Below, piece by piece: positions 45,336 to 54,971 of a DNA stretch of 64,000 nucleotides. Within the stretch, counting starts at the first letter, position 1, and every line of letters starts with the position of its first letter. This DNA is from Candidatus Amesbacteria bacterium GW2011_GWB1_47_19 (GTDB lineage: Bacteria > Patescibacteriota > Microgenomatia > CAZETR01 > Amesbacteraceae). The notes beneath the pieces were generated by a model, which did not search any database, had not been told where the DNA came from, and saw only the letters and a list, made by a program, of their open reading frames with translations. Location: positions 7,093 to 71,092 of the forward strand of contig LCNZ01000002.1 of assembly GCA_001002325.1 (NCBI GenBank). The letters are read 5' to 3'. Position numbers and translations under genes: made by a program.

Positions 45336-47218
45336 TAAAAGAAGGATCTAAACCAAAGCTCCAATGTTAATAATGCCCAAATTCTGTAAGAGAAATTCAA
45401 TTGAGTATGTTTATGTTGTACCAGTAGCTGTTTTATATAATCACGGTTAAATAAACCACGATTTGTAGTTTTTTTTGATAACAATACATCATTAGTATAG
45501 TCGTAGAGATCGGACTTAAACCACCTATTAACCGGCACGCCAAACCCCATCTTGGGTCTAAACATAACTTTATCCGGGATTATCCCCCTCAACGCCTCTT
45601 TAAGAATATATTTCTTATTATTCCAAAACCTCAGTTTTAAATTGAAAGGCATTTTTGCTGTTAGTTCCAGCATTTCATGGTCGAGAAAAGGAGACCGCCC
45701 TTCCAAAGCTACGGACATACCGGCAATATCAACTTTTACCATCAAATCGTCCGGCAAATAAGTATTTATGTCTGCATATAATGTTTGATCTAATTTACTA
45801 ATGTTTTTTACTTCATCAAATTTACTTTCAATCAGATCAAAGCTGTCATGGTTTTTGGTTAATGATTTAAATTTAGATAAATATAGTTTATCTTTCGATT
45901 CATTATCAAAATAACACATAAACAACAGGACGCGTTTCCTGTAATCCTCATCCATCGCCGAGGTAAAACGCCTCACCCGGTCAAGGTAGGCTGTTTTTAT
46001 AAATGATGATAGACTTCTGCTCATGGGTGAGAGTACCTTATTTAGAAGTGAAAAATGTTCGTACCACAAGCCTAAGGTTTGATAATGATATCCGGGATAT
46101 CCGGCAAAATTTTCATCTCCTCCATCACCGTTTAATGCCACCGTAACGTGCTCTCGGGTAAGTTTGGATACAAAATAAGTGGGTAGCGCGCTACTGTCGG
46201 CAAAAGGCTCTTCGTACTGTTTGACTAAATATGGAAGGATCTCTATGGTATCCGGTTTGACAATGTACTCAGTATGATCAGTCTTGAATAGTTGAGCAAT
46301 TATTTTGGCGTAAGGCAACTCATCAAATTTCTTTTCATTAAATCCGATGGAAAATGTTTTTACCGGTCGGTTGCTATATTTAGCCATCATGGCGACAACA
46401 GCGCTGCTATCTATCCCGCCGGAGAGAAATGCTCCTAAAGGCACATCGGATATCATCCGTAATTTTGTTGACTCTTCCAGCTTAGATAATATTATTTTTT
46501 TCCATTCATTTTCAGTAAAGTTCATTTTTTTTGAATAATCCAGCTTCCAGTAACGTTTATTCACCAACTTACCGGTCTTTATGTCCAGTAACAGGTAATG
46601 ACCCGATTCCAGTTTACTGATTCCTTTGAATCCGGTGAGAGGAGATGGACAATATTGATAGGTTAAATAATGATGGATTGCGATATAGTCCGGTTCCCTT
46701 ATGTATTCCGGTTGTGTCAGGATTGCCTTAAGCTCGGATGCAAAGATGAAAACCTTACCGTCTATATAATACTTAAAAGGTTTCTTGCCAACGCGGTCAC
46801 GGGTACAGAATAAAGTATCGTTTTTTTGATCATAAATTACAAAAGCGAACATCCCTCTCAAATGACTGAGGCATTCAATTCCGTATTTATCGTATAATGC
46901 CATAATAACTTCGGTATCTGTGTGTGATTTAAATCGGTACCCTTCTCTAATCATCTCTCGTCTTTTCTCCAGAAAGTTATATATCTCACCGTTAAATACG
47001 ATCTGGTATCTGTTTATATAACTCATCGGCTGATGGCCAAGGGCCGATAGATCTATGATGGACAAGCGGCGATGTCCTAAACCCACCTTACGGTCATTCG
47101 ATATAAAAGCTCCCTCATCATCTGGCCCCCTATGCTTTATGGCTTTTGTCATTTGAGCAATTTCCCGCGCGGAGACTGACTTTCCTGTAAAACTGACCTT
47201 TCCTGCTATCCCGCACAT
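45335..47218 (-). CDS. asnB: Asparagine synthetase B-like glutamine amidotransferase (glycan-associated)
   Basis: MCGIAG, HRGPD, NGEIYN, LSGGIDSS, GDGGDE, RSPFLD, KMGFGVP motifs. Confidence 0.92.
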   Translation of the reverse strand: MCGIAGKVSFTGKSVSAREIAQMTKAIKHRGPDDEGAFISNDRKVGLGHRRLSIIDLSALGHQPMSYINRYQIVFNGEIYNFLEKRREMIREGYRFKSHTDTEVIMALYDKYGIECLSHLRGMFAFVIYDQKNDTLFCTRDRVGKKPFKYYIDGKVFIFASELKAILTQPEYIREPDYIAIHHYLTYQYCPSPLTGFKGISKLESGHYLLLDIKTGKLVNKRYWKLDYSKKMNFTENEWKKIILSKLEESTKLRMISDVPLGAFLSGGIDSSAVVAMMAKYSNRPVKTFSIGFNEKKFDELPYAKIIAQLFKTDHTEYIVKPDTIEILPYLVKQYEEPFADSSALPTYFVSKLTREHVTVALNGDGGDENFAGYPGYHYQTLGLWYEHFSLLNKVLSPMSRSLSSFIKTAYLDRVRRFTSAMDEDYRKRVLLFMCYFDNESKDKLYLSKFKSLTKNHDSFDLIESKFDEVKNISKLDQTLYADINTYLPDDLMVKVDIAGMSVALEGRSPFLDHEMLELTAKMPFNLKLRFWNNKKYILKEALRGIIPDKVMFRPKMGFGVPVNRWFKSDLYDYTNDVLLSKKTTNRGLFNRDYIKQLLVQHKHTQLNFSYRIWALLTLELWFRSFF

Positions 47219-47248
47219 ATCAAACAGAGTAAATTATATATTAAATTA

Positions 47249-48016
47249 ATGAACAAAAACTTTTACAGGGTTAAATTGAGTTTACTTCAAAGATATCTTA
47301 TGGATTATGCGGTCAGCATATCAGATAAAAACGATGCAGTTCTTGATTATGGATGCGGGGGTGGTGAGATGGTAGGTGATGGCTTAAATAAAAAACTTAA
47401 TATCTTTGGAACGGATACGTTCTATGAAGGAGGTAAGTCAAAAGAACTGGCAATCAGTTTGGGTTTACTGGGAAAAAAAGTGTTTAGTATGAAAAGGAAC
47501 AGGATACCGTTTCCGGATCGCAGTTTCGATCTGGTGATCTGTAATCAAGTGTTTGAGCATGTAAAAGAACTAAACGTCGTGCTGAAGGAAATCAACAGAA
47601 TTTTAAAAACAGGGGGTATCTTATTGAGCGCTTTTCCCACGAAAGAATGTGTCTACGAAGGGCACTGCGGCATACCCATGATACACTGGTTTAATAAAGA
47701 ATCGAGGTTGAGATTTGGTTATGCTCTATTATTAAGAAAAATAGGTTTTGGATATTTTAAGGAAAATAAAAAACCTGAGCGATGGGTAATGGATTTCTTA
47801 AATTGGTTGGATAAATATACAACTTACAGAACCCGTAAGGAAATATTTAGCTTGTTACGACGATACTTTAGTCAAAACGTCTTAATAAAAGACCAGTTTT
47901 ATAAATCAGTCCTTAGGAGTAAAAACATCCACATATTTGACTTTATGTTTGAGTACAAGTTTTGTAAATGGTTAATTAATAATTGTGAGGAGTGTGTAGT
48001 CTTATCAAAGAAGTAA
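47249..48016 (+). CDS. Class I SAM methyltransferase
   Basis: LDYGCGGG, PFPDRSFDLVICNQVFEHV motifs. Confidence 0.88.
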   Translation: MNKNFYRVKLSLLQRYLMDYAVSISDKNDAVLDYGCGGGEMVGDGLNKKLNIFGTDTFYEGGKSKELAISLGLLGKKVFSMKRNRIPFPDRSFDLVICNQVFEHVKELNVVLKEINRILKTGGILLSAFPTKECVYEGHCGIPMIHWFNKESRLRFGYALLLRKIGFGYFKENKKPERWVMDFLNWLDKYTTYRTRKEIFSLLRRYFSQNVLIKDQFYKSVLRSKNIHIFDFMFEYKFCKWLINNCEECVVLSKK

Positions 48017-48039
48017 ATCTATGGAATTTAAAATAATTA

Positions 48040-48801
48040 TTATTTTCTGAGTACAACGTTAAAAGACAATATTGTTAAATCATCCCGGGTGTACGTGTTT
48101 AACAGATTATTATCTAAATCACCTTTATATCTCATAATACTACCCATCTTAATTATTTCCAGTCGATGATTGTCAAACAGGGACAGATAATTGCTATACC
48201 TTTTACGGTTTACGTAGACCCCCGTTTTTCCGCAAAGTAATTTAAACAAAAACTCAGGAAACTTCAAGAACATCAGGTTTTCATTGTCAATCAGATGATC
48301 TCTCAAATCAACTTGATGATTCATAAACCCCCCCTTTTTTAAAACCCTCATCATTTCCCTGAAACACAGTTCCAGATCGTGTACATGCTCAAGCACTGCA
48401 CAGGAATAGATTATATCAATAGAATCGTCCTTTAATGGATAGCCCGAATTTTGTCCTATCGATATAAACTCTATTTTTTCTTTGTGTTGATCGCCTGTTA
48501 CCCCCAAATGGTCTCCTTCATCCACAGCATAATACTTTTTCGCACCGTCTTTTATACAAAGCTGCCCAAATCCGATTGATCCACCAGGCCCCAATTCGAG
48601 GATGGTCTTATTTTCAATATTTGTGAATTTATTTATCACACTCCTGAAGGCGATATATTGCTTTTGGTTATACTCCACATGAGAAGATCCGAACCAGTAA
48701 GAATTGGTTATATATTTCTCGACAATAGTTCTCATCCCCGGGAAGAGTGAATAAGTGAGATTTTGGACCAATGTTAAGGGTATCTTAAGATAGATATTCA
48801 T
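48040..48801 (-). CDS. Class I SAM methyltransferase
   Basis: ILELGPG, DIIYSCAVLEHV, VDLRDH motifs. Confidence 0.85.
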   Translation of the reverse strand: MNIYLKIPLTLVQNLTYSLFPGMRTIVEKYITNSYWFGSSHVEYNQKQYIAFRSVINKFTNIENKTILELGPGGSIGFGQLCIKDGAKKYYAVDEGDHLGVTGDQHKEKIEFISIGQNSGYPLKDDSIDIIYSCAVLEHVHDLELCFREMMRVLKKGGFMNHQVDLRDHLIDNENLMFLKFPEFLFKLLCGKTGVYVNRKRYSNYLSLFDNHRLEIIKMGSIMRYKGDLDNNLLNTYTRDDLTILSFNVVLRK

Positions 48802-49943
48802 ACTAACGTTTTAATTAATAGGTTGTATTTATCGATACTATTCTGCCAGTTAAAATTAGCTTCGACAAATTTTTGTTGATCTTTTGAACTTGATAATTCT
48901 TTAATATTTTCACACATATCAACAATACCGGCTTTGATGGCAGCGGAACTGGACTCCTTAATTAGTATCCCAAAATTATTATCATTCAAAATTTCTTTTG
49001 CACCCTCACCGGGAGTTGCTACTATTCTGCATCCGCAATATATGGCTTCTAAAAGCGAAGTAGACAACCCCCCTCCACTAAAAGAGGAATGAATATAAAC
49101 GTCACTTATTTTTAGGAAAGAGATCACTTCTTGTCTGGTGATCTTACCTGTGAATAATACATAATTATCTGCAATATTTTTAAGCCGGTCCAAATCTTCC
49201 CCATCTCCCATTATTATAAAAATTATCCTCCTTTTTAATGGTTCTGACATTCCTTTTATAGCCTTAATGGTATTTTCGACTCCTTTCCATTTGTATAACC
49301 TCCCTGAAAATGAAAGAAGAATTTTTCCTTTATATTTTCTTCTGAAATAAATTCTCGGTTTAACTTTATTGATAAAACCAAAATTGATACCCCGATATAT
49401 CAGTGGGCTGGCTCTTTTATCAAACCGTTTAATAAAACTTTGAACCGCTTGAGATATTGAGACATTAATATCTGATGACGAAATCATTAATCTGCCCAAT
49501 GTTTCATCATATATTCTGGCTAATAAAGTACTGAATTGACTGCTTAACCTCACAAAATCCGACCCGTGTTCAATATGCATCCACTTGGTATTTTTAAGTT
49601 TCGAAAATAAGAAAGCCATGGGCGTAGTCACAAAAAACCTTGTTCTGGAAATTACTACATCGAATTTTTGTTGAAATAAAGTCATGAACAATTGCCAAAA
49701 CCTCAACGACCATAATTTGGGTAAAGGATAGTTCGGAATAATTTCAAAAGCCGGAAACCTGAATACTTTTACATTTTTATACCTGTTCTCGATCTCCTTA
49801 GCATCAATAGGTATCCGTGGTGTGAAGACGCTAATTTCGTATCCCAATCGCGCTAAATGATAATTAAATTCGTCTGCATGATTTTCTAATCCGCCAATAT
49901 GAGGCGGATAGTAAGGAGAGAAAACTAAAATTTTCATACCCAA
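48798..49943 (-). CDS. GT4 glycosyltransferase
   Basis: YYPPHIGGLE, GRLYKWKG, GGGLSTSLLEA motifs. Confidence 0.88.
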   Translation of the reverse strand: MGMKILVFSPYYPPHIGGLENHADEFNYHLARLGYEISVFTPRIPIDAKEIENRYKNVKVFRFPAFEIIPNYPLPKLWSLRFWQLFMTLFQQKFDVVISRTRFFVTTPMAFLFSKLKNTKWMHIEHGSDFVRLSSQFSTLLARIYDETLGRLMISSSDINVSISQAVQSFIKRFDKRASPLIYRGINFGFINKVKPRIYFRRKYKGKILLSFSGRLYKWKGVENTIKAIKGMSEPLKRRIIFIIMGDGEDLDRLKNIADNYVLFTGKITRQEVISFLKISDVYIHSSFSGGGLSTSLLEAIYCGCRIVATPGEGAKEILNDNNFGILIKESSSAAIKAGIVDMCENIKELSSSKDQQKFVEANFNWQNSIDKYNLLIKTLV

Positions 49944-49945
49944 CT

Positions 49946-50290
49946 TTATCGCCGATGAGTCTTTTTATCTGATCCTTTGATAGCTTCCTGTCGAACAAAG
50001 TCTGAAAATTTCTTCTTAATCTGTTGATTATCTACGTAATTTTTATAAGAGGTTATCCAAAGCGCAACGAATGACAAAACCATTATCAAATCCATTACTC
50101 TGACAACCCCCAAACGATACGTAATCTTTTCTAATAAATCTGGAAATAGTATTGACGCTAGAAAGAAAAGCCATATTAATGACCACACAATCAACTCGTT
50201 CACAAAAATTATTCTCTTCTTATATACAAGAAATACCCAAAACAACATGTACAGTCCAAAACAAAACAACCCCAACTGAAAAATTACCAT
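49946..50290 (-). CDS. DUF2304-like small membrane protein
   Basis: Three TM segments, LFP...LGVVRVMD, terminal FVRQEAI; coupled to a DPM-like GT2. Confidence 0.75.
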   Translation of the reverse strand: MVIFQLGLFCFGLYMLFWVFLVYKKRIIFVNELIVWSLIWLFFLASILFPDLLEKITYRLGVVRVMDLIMVLSFVALWITSYKNYVDNQQIKKKFSDFVRQEAIKGSDKKTHRR

Positions 50291-50958
50291 TTTAATCTAA
50301 GTTTCCACAAAAATAACTCACCGACCAATTTTATGCCGTCTTGAATCGTAATTCCAGTTGCAGAACGTTTATCAAGATATATCGCATCTATTAGCAGCTC
50401 CTGACATCGTAATTTATTAATACCTGCATGAACGACCATTTCAATATCCGAAGAGTAATCTGAAGCCTTCCAACTTATCTTAGAATACACTTTTGATTGA
50501 AATGCCTTATAACCGCACGCCACATCTCTCAGTCTCAAACCAAACAAGCCGCTGGTGAATCTGCTTAAAACTCGATTAAAAATTAGCCGGCCGAATGGCA
50601 TTCCTTTATGCATTCTCCTGGCGCCGAAAATCATTTGATTACCTTGATCCAGCAAGCGAATAAATTGGGGGATTTCTTTAGGATCATGCTGGCCGTCCGC
50701 ATCCATCAGAATAATTGACTTAGCACCGGATTTAATGGCCAATTCGCACCCCGTTTTTAAAGCCATTCCCTTTCCTAAATTAACCCGGTGCCGGGCAACC
50801 ATAATGGCAGGTGGTAAAAATTTTTCGATAGGAAATTTGGAACCGTCATCAACCACAATCACCCGATTCAGTGGGTGATATGATTTTAATTTTCGTATCG
50901 TTAGCGGTAGATGCCGTTCTTCGTTATATGCCGGAATAACTATGTAAATATTTTTCAT
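50284..50958 (-). CDS. GT2, polyprenol-phosphate sugar synthase (DPM1-like)
   Basis: VIPAYNEE, VDDGS, NLGKGMAL, MDADGQH, GYKAF motifs. Confidence 0.9.
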   Translation of the reverse strand: MKNIYIVIPAYNEERHLPLTIRKLKSYHPLNRVIVVDDGSKFPIEKFLPPAIMVARHRVNLGKGMALKTGCELAIKSGAKSIILMDADGQHDPKEIPQFIRLLDQGNQMIFGARRMHKGMPFGRLIFNRVLSRFTSGLFGLRLRDVACGYKAFQSKVYSKISWKASDYSSDIEMVVHAGINKLRCQELLIDAIYLDKRSATGITIQDGIKLVGELFLWKLRLKW

Positions 50959-51037
50959 TTCGAGCCTCGATAATATTGTATTATAGTAATAGTTTATTAA
51001 AAAAGCAGACTCAATAAATAAAGACTATCATTTAATT

Positions 51038-51643
51038 ATGACCCCTAGCTCGTTTACAAAAAAATACTTCGATGATATCAGCCTCATATTATCTCAAATA
51101 GACAAATCTGTACTGGACAAACTGGTTGATCTATTGTGGGAAATTTACATTGAGCGAAAACACATGTTTTTTATCGGAAATGGCGGTAGTGCCAGTCTGT
51201 CTTCCCACTTAGCTGCTGATCTGGGTAAAAACACCATCTCTCATTCATCAACCGTTCCCCGATTCCAAACGCAGTCATTAACAGACAATGTTGCATGGAT
51301 TACAGCATTGGCCAATGATTTAAAATACCGGGATATTTTTGTCGAACAATTGAAAAACTTAAGCAATCCCGGCGATTTATTATTCGTTATCAGCGGCAGC
51401 GGAAACAGCCCTAACTTGGTACAGGCTGTAAAATGGGCGCGATTAAACAAAATTAAGACCGTTGGTTTATTGGGTTTTGATGGAGGTAAACTTAAAAATC
51501 TGGTTAAGTTTATGGTATTAGTGCCATCATTGAGTTATGAGTATGTGGAAGGTGTCCACGCAGTGATTGCCCACTACTTGGTTGCTTCATTAAAGTTTAG
51601 ATTTAACCGGCGTCTTTCCACTATTACCTCCAATAAGATCTGA
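51038..51643 (+). CDS. gmhA: Phosphoheptose isomerase, GmhA-like
   Basis: GNGGSASLSSHLAADL, TALAND, ISGSGNSPN, VEGVH motifs; TATCAT 6 nt upstream. Confidence 0.8.
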   Translation: MTPSSFTKKYFDDISLILSQIDKSVLDKLVDLLWEIYIERKHMFFIGNGGSASLSSHLAADLGKNTISHSSTVPRFQTQSLTDNVAWITALANDLKYRDIFVEQLKNLSNPGDLLFVISGSGNSPNLVQAVKWARLNKIKTVGLLGFDGGKLKNLVKFMVLVPSLSYEYVEGVHAVIAHYLVASLKFRFNRRLSTITSNKI

Positions 51644-52566
51644 TCAATAGGAGTCTCCGGGACAAAACCGATTGATTTAATAAGTTTTTTGACACTCGGA
51701 ACTCTCCTCGACATATCATTGAATCCTTTCTCAAATACTTTGGCAAAAGGGACAAGCTTAATCCTGGATCGGGAACCGGTTAGGTGTTTGATCTTTTTAG
51801 CCAGTGTCAGAATGGATATTTCCTGAGTTGATCCGATGTTAAATACTTTTCCGATAGCATATTCATTTTCAGTCAGAGCAGAGAGCGCGTTAACCGCATC
51901 CTTAACAAAAGCAAAACACCGGGTCTGAGAGCCATCTCCATACACTGTCAATGGTTTACCGGATAATGCCTGTTCCACCAGTCTGGGAATTACCATTCCG
52001 TACGTCCCAACTTGTCGCGGACCGACGGTATTAAATATTCTGGCAATTATCACCGGTAGTTTCTTTTCCTGGAAATATCCCATCGTAAGAAATTCATCAA
52101 CAATTTTCGTAGCGGCATATCCCCACCTTCTGATGTGTGTCGGACCGATTATTCGGTTATCATCCTCTTCAAACGGGACCTTATTGCTCATGCCGTAAGT
52201 TTCCGAAGTCGAAGCCACCATCACCCTGATATTCTTAAGCTTCGCAGCTTCTTCCAGTACATTTCCTGTACCTTCCACATTTACCACAATTGATTCAATC
52301 GGTTTGTCCACCACCAGTTGTGCTCCTACCACTGCGGCCAGATGGATTACCCAGTCGGCTCCTCTCATTGCACTTACTAAGTCCGGCCGTTTCAGAATAT
52401 CCCCCTTAAAAAACTTGAACCTGTTTTTATTCGCCAGAGTTGATAAATTACTCAGTCTTCCGGTTGATAAATTATCCAGGATTGTTACGTAGTGACCTTT
52501 TTCGTGTAATAATTCTGCCAGATGACTTCCGATAAATCCGGCACCTCCGGTAATCAGGTAATGCAT
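51574..52566 (-). CDS. NAD-dependent epimerase/decarboxylase (UDP-glucuronate decarboxylase/GalE-like)
   Basis: MHYLITGGAGFIGSHL, ASTSETYG, YAATK, RIFNTVGPRQ, GDGSQTRCF motifs; ATG 52566 preferred. Confidence 0.88.
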   Translation of the reverse strand: MHYLITGGAGFIGSHLAELLHEKGHYVTILDNLSTGRLSNLSTLANKNRFKFFKGDILKRPDLVSAMRGADWVIHLAAVVGAQLVVDKPIESIVVNVEGTGNVLEEAAKLKNIRVMVASTSETYGMSNKVPFEEDDNRIIGPTHIRRWGYAATKIVDEFLTMGYFQEKKLPVIIARIFNTVGPRQVGTYGMVIPRLVEQALSGKPLTVYGDGSQTRCFAFVKDAVNALSALTENEYAIGKVFNIGSTQEISILTLAKKIKHLTGSRSRIKLVPFAKVFEKGFNDMSRRVPSVKKLIKSIGFVPETPIDQILLEVIVERRRLNLNFNEATK

Positions 52567-53700
52567 ACGATTTCCAAGATTAGCATAATTTTTCCCAAAA
52601 TTCTGAACTGGCTGATTCTGGGATTGATCGGAATTTCCTTGATCATTTTTATTATCTCCCATAGGAGAGTATATTCCACGGTTTACGATACCCGTTTTTG
52701 GCAAAATGAATTCCCAAAAACCCAGCTGGTGATCGGTGATAAAGCGGACAGATTTTATTCCGATACAGAGTTATACGCGATTTTAGGATACAAATACGCT
52801 CTGGGCCAGAATCCCGTAACCATGCATCCCGAAGTTCCTCCCTTGGGTAAGCAAATTATCGGCGCCGGAATTATTCTTTTTAGAAATCAAAATCTGGCCA
52901 GCCTGCTTTTGGGTTTGGGGGGACTGTCTTTGTTGTATTTGATCGGCCTTAAAGTTTCGCCCTCCCGGACTGTAGTCTTACTGACCGTCCTGCTGGTATC
53001 CTTGGACCGGGTATTTCACACTTTGATATCCGACTCTTATATTGATACTCCCCAGTTATTCCTTTTTCTGCTCTCTTTGTATCTATTCTTGAGCTCACTA
53101 ACCAATCAGCGACGGTTTATCTTGGCAAGTCTATCGCTGGGATTGATGATGGCTACAAAGTTTTATTTTAACGGTTTACTGTTGCTGGCTGTTTATCTGA
53201 TCTATCTCACATTGCAAAGGAATTTTCGGATTTTTATGGGCTTCACACTTTCGCTGCCGGCTGTCGCTATAGGATATCTGCTACCCTACACGTATTCTTT
53301 CATTACCGGTTTCGGACTTACGGACTGGATTCGGCTCCAGCGCTGGATGACTTCCTGGTGGGCGGGTAATGCCCGCGTTCCCTGGGGAGGTATTTTTTCT
53401 ATCATCTTTACCGGTAATTGGCATACCTGGTGGGGTAATCGGGATATTATTGCGGTAGGGGAGTGGACCCCCCTCTGGCCTCTGGCTGCTGTTCTCGGTT
53501 TCATTTCAATTTTTCAGATTATTAAAAACAGAAATTACCCCGGTTTATTGTTATGGCTCTGGTGTATTTTTTACCTGCTGTTTCTCTCCGTCACCTCACC
53601 CTTCCCCCGTTATCTGATTCTTCTTATGCCTTTTCTGTATCTGCTCACTCTGGATTTTATCCGGCAGCTATTTTCTAGGCTGAATAAAACAAAGACATGA
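52561..53700 (+). CDS. GT-C (PMT-like) membrane glycosyltransferase
   Basis: YSDTELY, HPEVPPLGK, ATKF, FPRY motifs. Start position uncertain. Confidence 0.75.
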   Translation: MHTISKISIIFPKILNWLILGLIGISLIIFIISHRRVYSTVYDTRFWQNEFPKTQLVIGDKADRFYSDTELYAILGYKYALGQNPVTMHPEVPPLGKQIIGAGIILFRNQNLASLLLGLGGLSLLYLIGLKVSPSRTVVLLTVLLVSLDRVFHTLISDSYIDTPQLFLFLLSLYLFLSSLTNQRRFILASLSLGLMMATKFYFNGLLLLAVYLIYLTLQRNFRIFMGFTLSLPAVAIGYLLPYTYSFITGFGLTDWIRLQRWMTSWWAGNARVPWGGIFSIIFTGNWHTWWGNRDIIAVGEWTPLWPLAAVLGFISIFQIIKNRNYPGLLLWLWCIFYLLFLSVTSPFPRYLILLMPFLYLLTLDFIRQLFSRLNKTKT

Positions 53701-54971
53701 AGCAGATATTATCCCGCGGCTGGTATCTTGCCCGCTCGGCAACCGCCCGCTCCGCCTACACCCTATTGGCCGGTAACCTCACCGACTCAATTTTGGCCTT
53801 TTTGTTCACCCTTATCAGTTTCCGCTTGTTGTCCACGGCGGATTTCGGAATATTTTCAGCCGTTAATAACTTCGTATTTACCTGTGTTCTGGTCCTGGAT
53901 TTGGGGATTGGTGGATCGCTTTTGCATTTTATTCCCTATTGGCAAAGCCACCGCCTCCGGGAAAAGGAAGCATCATATATATGGTCGGGAATAATCTTCA
54001 GGGTAGGCGCTGCGGTCGCAGCGGGCACATTCCTGTTGGTTTTCTCCCATCAGATAGCGGGATTTTTCCGGACGCCGGATGTACTGGTCCCGGTTATCGC
54101 CGGGATGTCACTGATCACTATTTCAATTCTCGACGTGTTGGTATTTGCCCTCCAGGGATATAGAAAATTTTTTCACTCTGTCCTTGCCGCCAATATTTTT
54201 TCTTGTCTACGGTTTCTGTTTGTGGCTGTGGTTTGGATTACTCTTCTGCCGTACAGTGTAGTCCTGGCCACCCTAATATCGGCCGTCTCACCGGTTTTGA
54301 GCATTTTCCTTTCCCGTCGTTGGCTCAGACTTCCCTCCTTTACTCTGCCCCGGCCCGGAGTTTTTCGCTCCCTTCTGGGTTTCAGCGGCTGGATGGCCCT
54401 CTCTAAAATTAGCTCTACTATCGCTACCCGCATGGATATCCAGATTATTATTCTGTTTTTAGGACCGGCTCTTGCGGGAGTCTACTCGGTAGCTGCCCGT
54501 CTGGCGAACTTTTACCCGGTCATGTTTGTCAGTATTACCTCAATCCTGGCTGCCAGACTAATTCGGATTTCGGATCGCCGGCATGCGAAAACTTTTTTGG
54601 GTAAAACATTAGTGGCTTTTTGTCTAATCGGCTGCGCCATGTTAATCGGAGCAGCCGTAGCCAGTCCCTTGATCGGTTTACTTTTCGGCCGGTCCGCTCT
54701 GCCTGCAGCCCCGTTCTTCCGGGGATTAACTTTAGCCTATTTGCCTATGCTATTTTCTGTTTTACCTCTGGGAATGGTTATTTATTATTTCAAACTTCCC
54801 CGATTGGCAGGTTGGCTGGGATTAACTCAACTAATGATCACTTTGACAGGGAATTTGCTGCTGACTCCGGTGTGGGGGCCTTTCGGTCCTGTAATATCCA
54901 TTGGTGTGGCCAATGCCCTTGTTCTTTTGATGGGTTTAGTTATAGTTTATAGACTATGGAAATCGGCATAA
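53697..54971 (+). CDS. Wzx-type flippase
   Basis: RLLSTADFGIFS, DLGIG, RMDIQII...LG...AGVYSVAARL motifs. Confidence 0.85.
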   Translation: MKQILSRGWYLARSATARSAYTLLAGNLTDSILAFLFTLISFRLLSTADFGIFSAVNNFVFTCVLVLDLGIGGSLLHFIPYWQSHRLREKEASYIWSGIIFRVGAAVAAGTFLLVFSHQIAGFFRTPDVLVPVIAGMSLITISILDVLVFALQGYRKFFHSVLAANIFSCLRFLFVAVVWITLLPYSVVLATLISAVSPVLSIFLSRRWLRLPSFTLPRPGVFRSLLGFSGWMALSKISSTIATRMDIQIIILFLGPALAGVYSVAARLANFYPVMFVSITSILAARLIRISDRRHAKTFLGKTLVAFCLIGCAMLIGAAVASPLIGLLFGRSALPAAPFFRGLTLAYLPMLFSVLPLGMVIYYFKLPRLAGWLGLTQLMITLTGNLLLTPVWGPFGPVISIGVANALVLLMGLVIVYRLWKSA

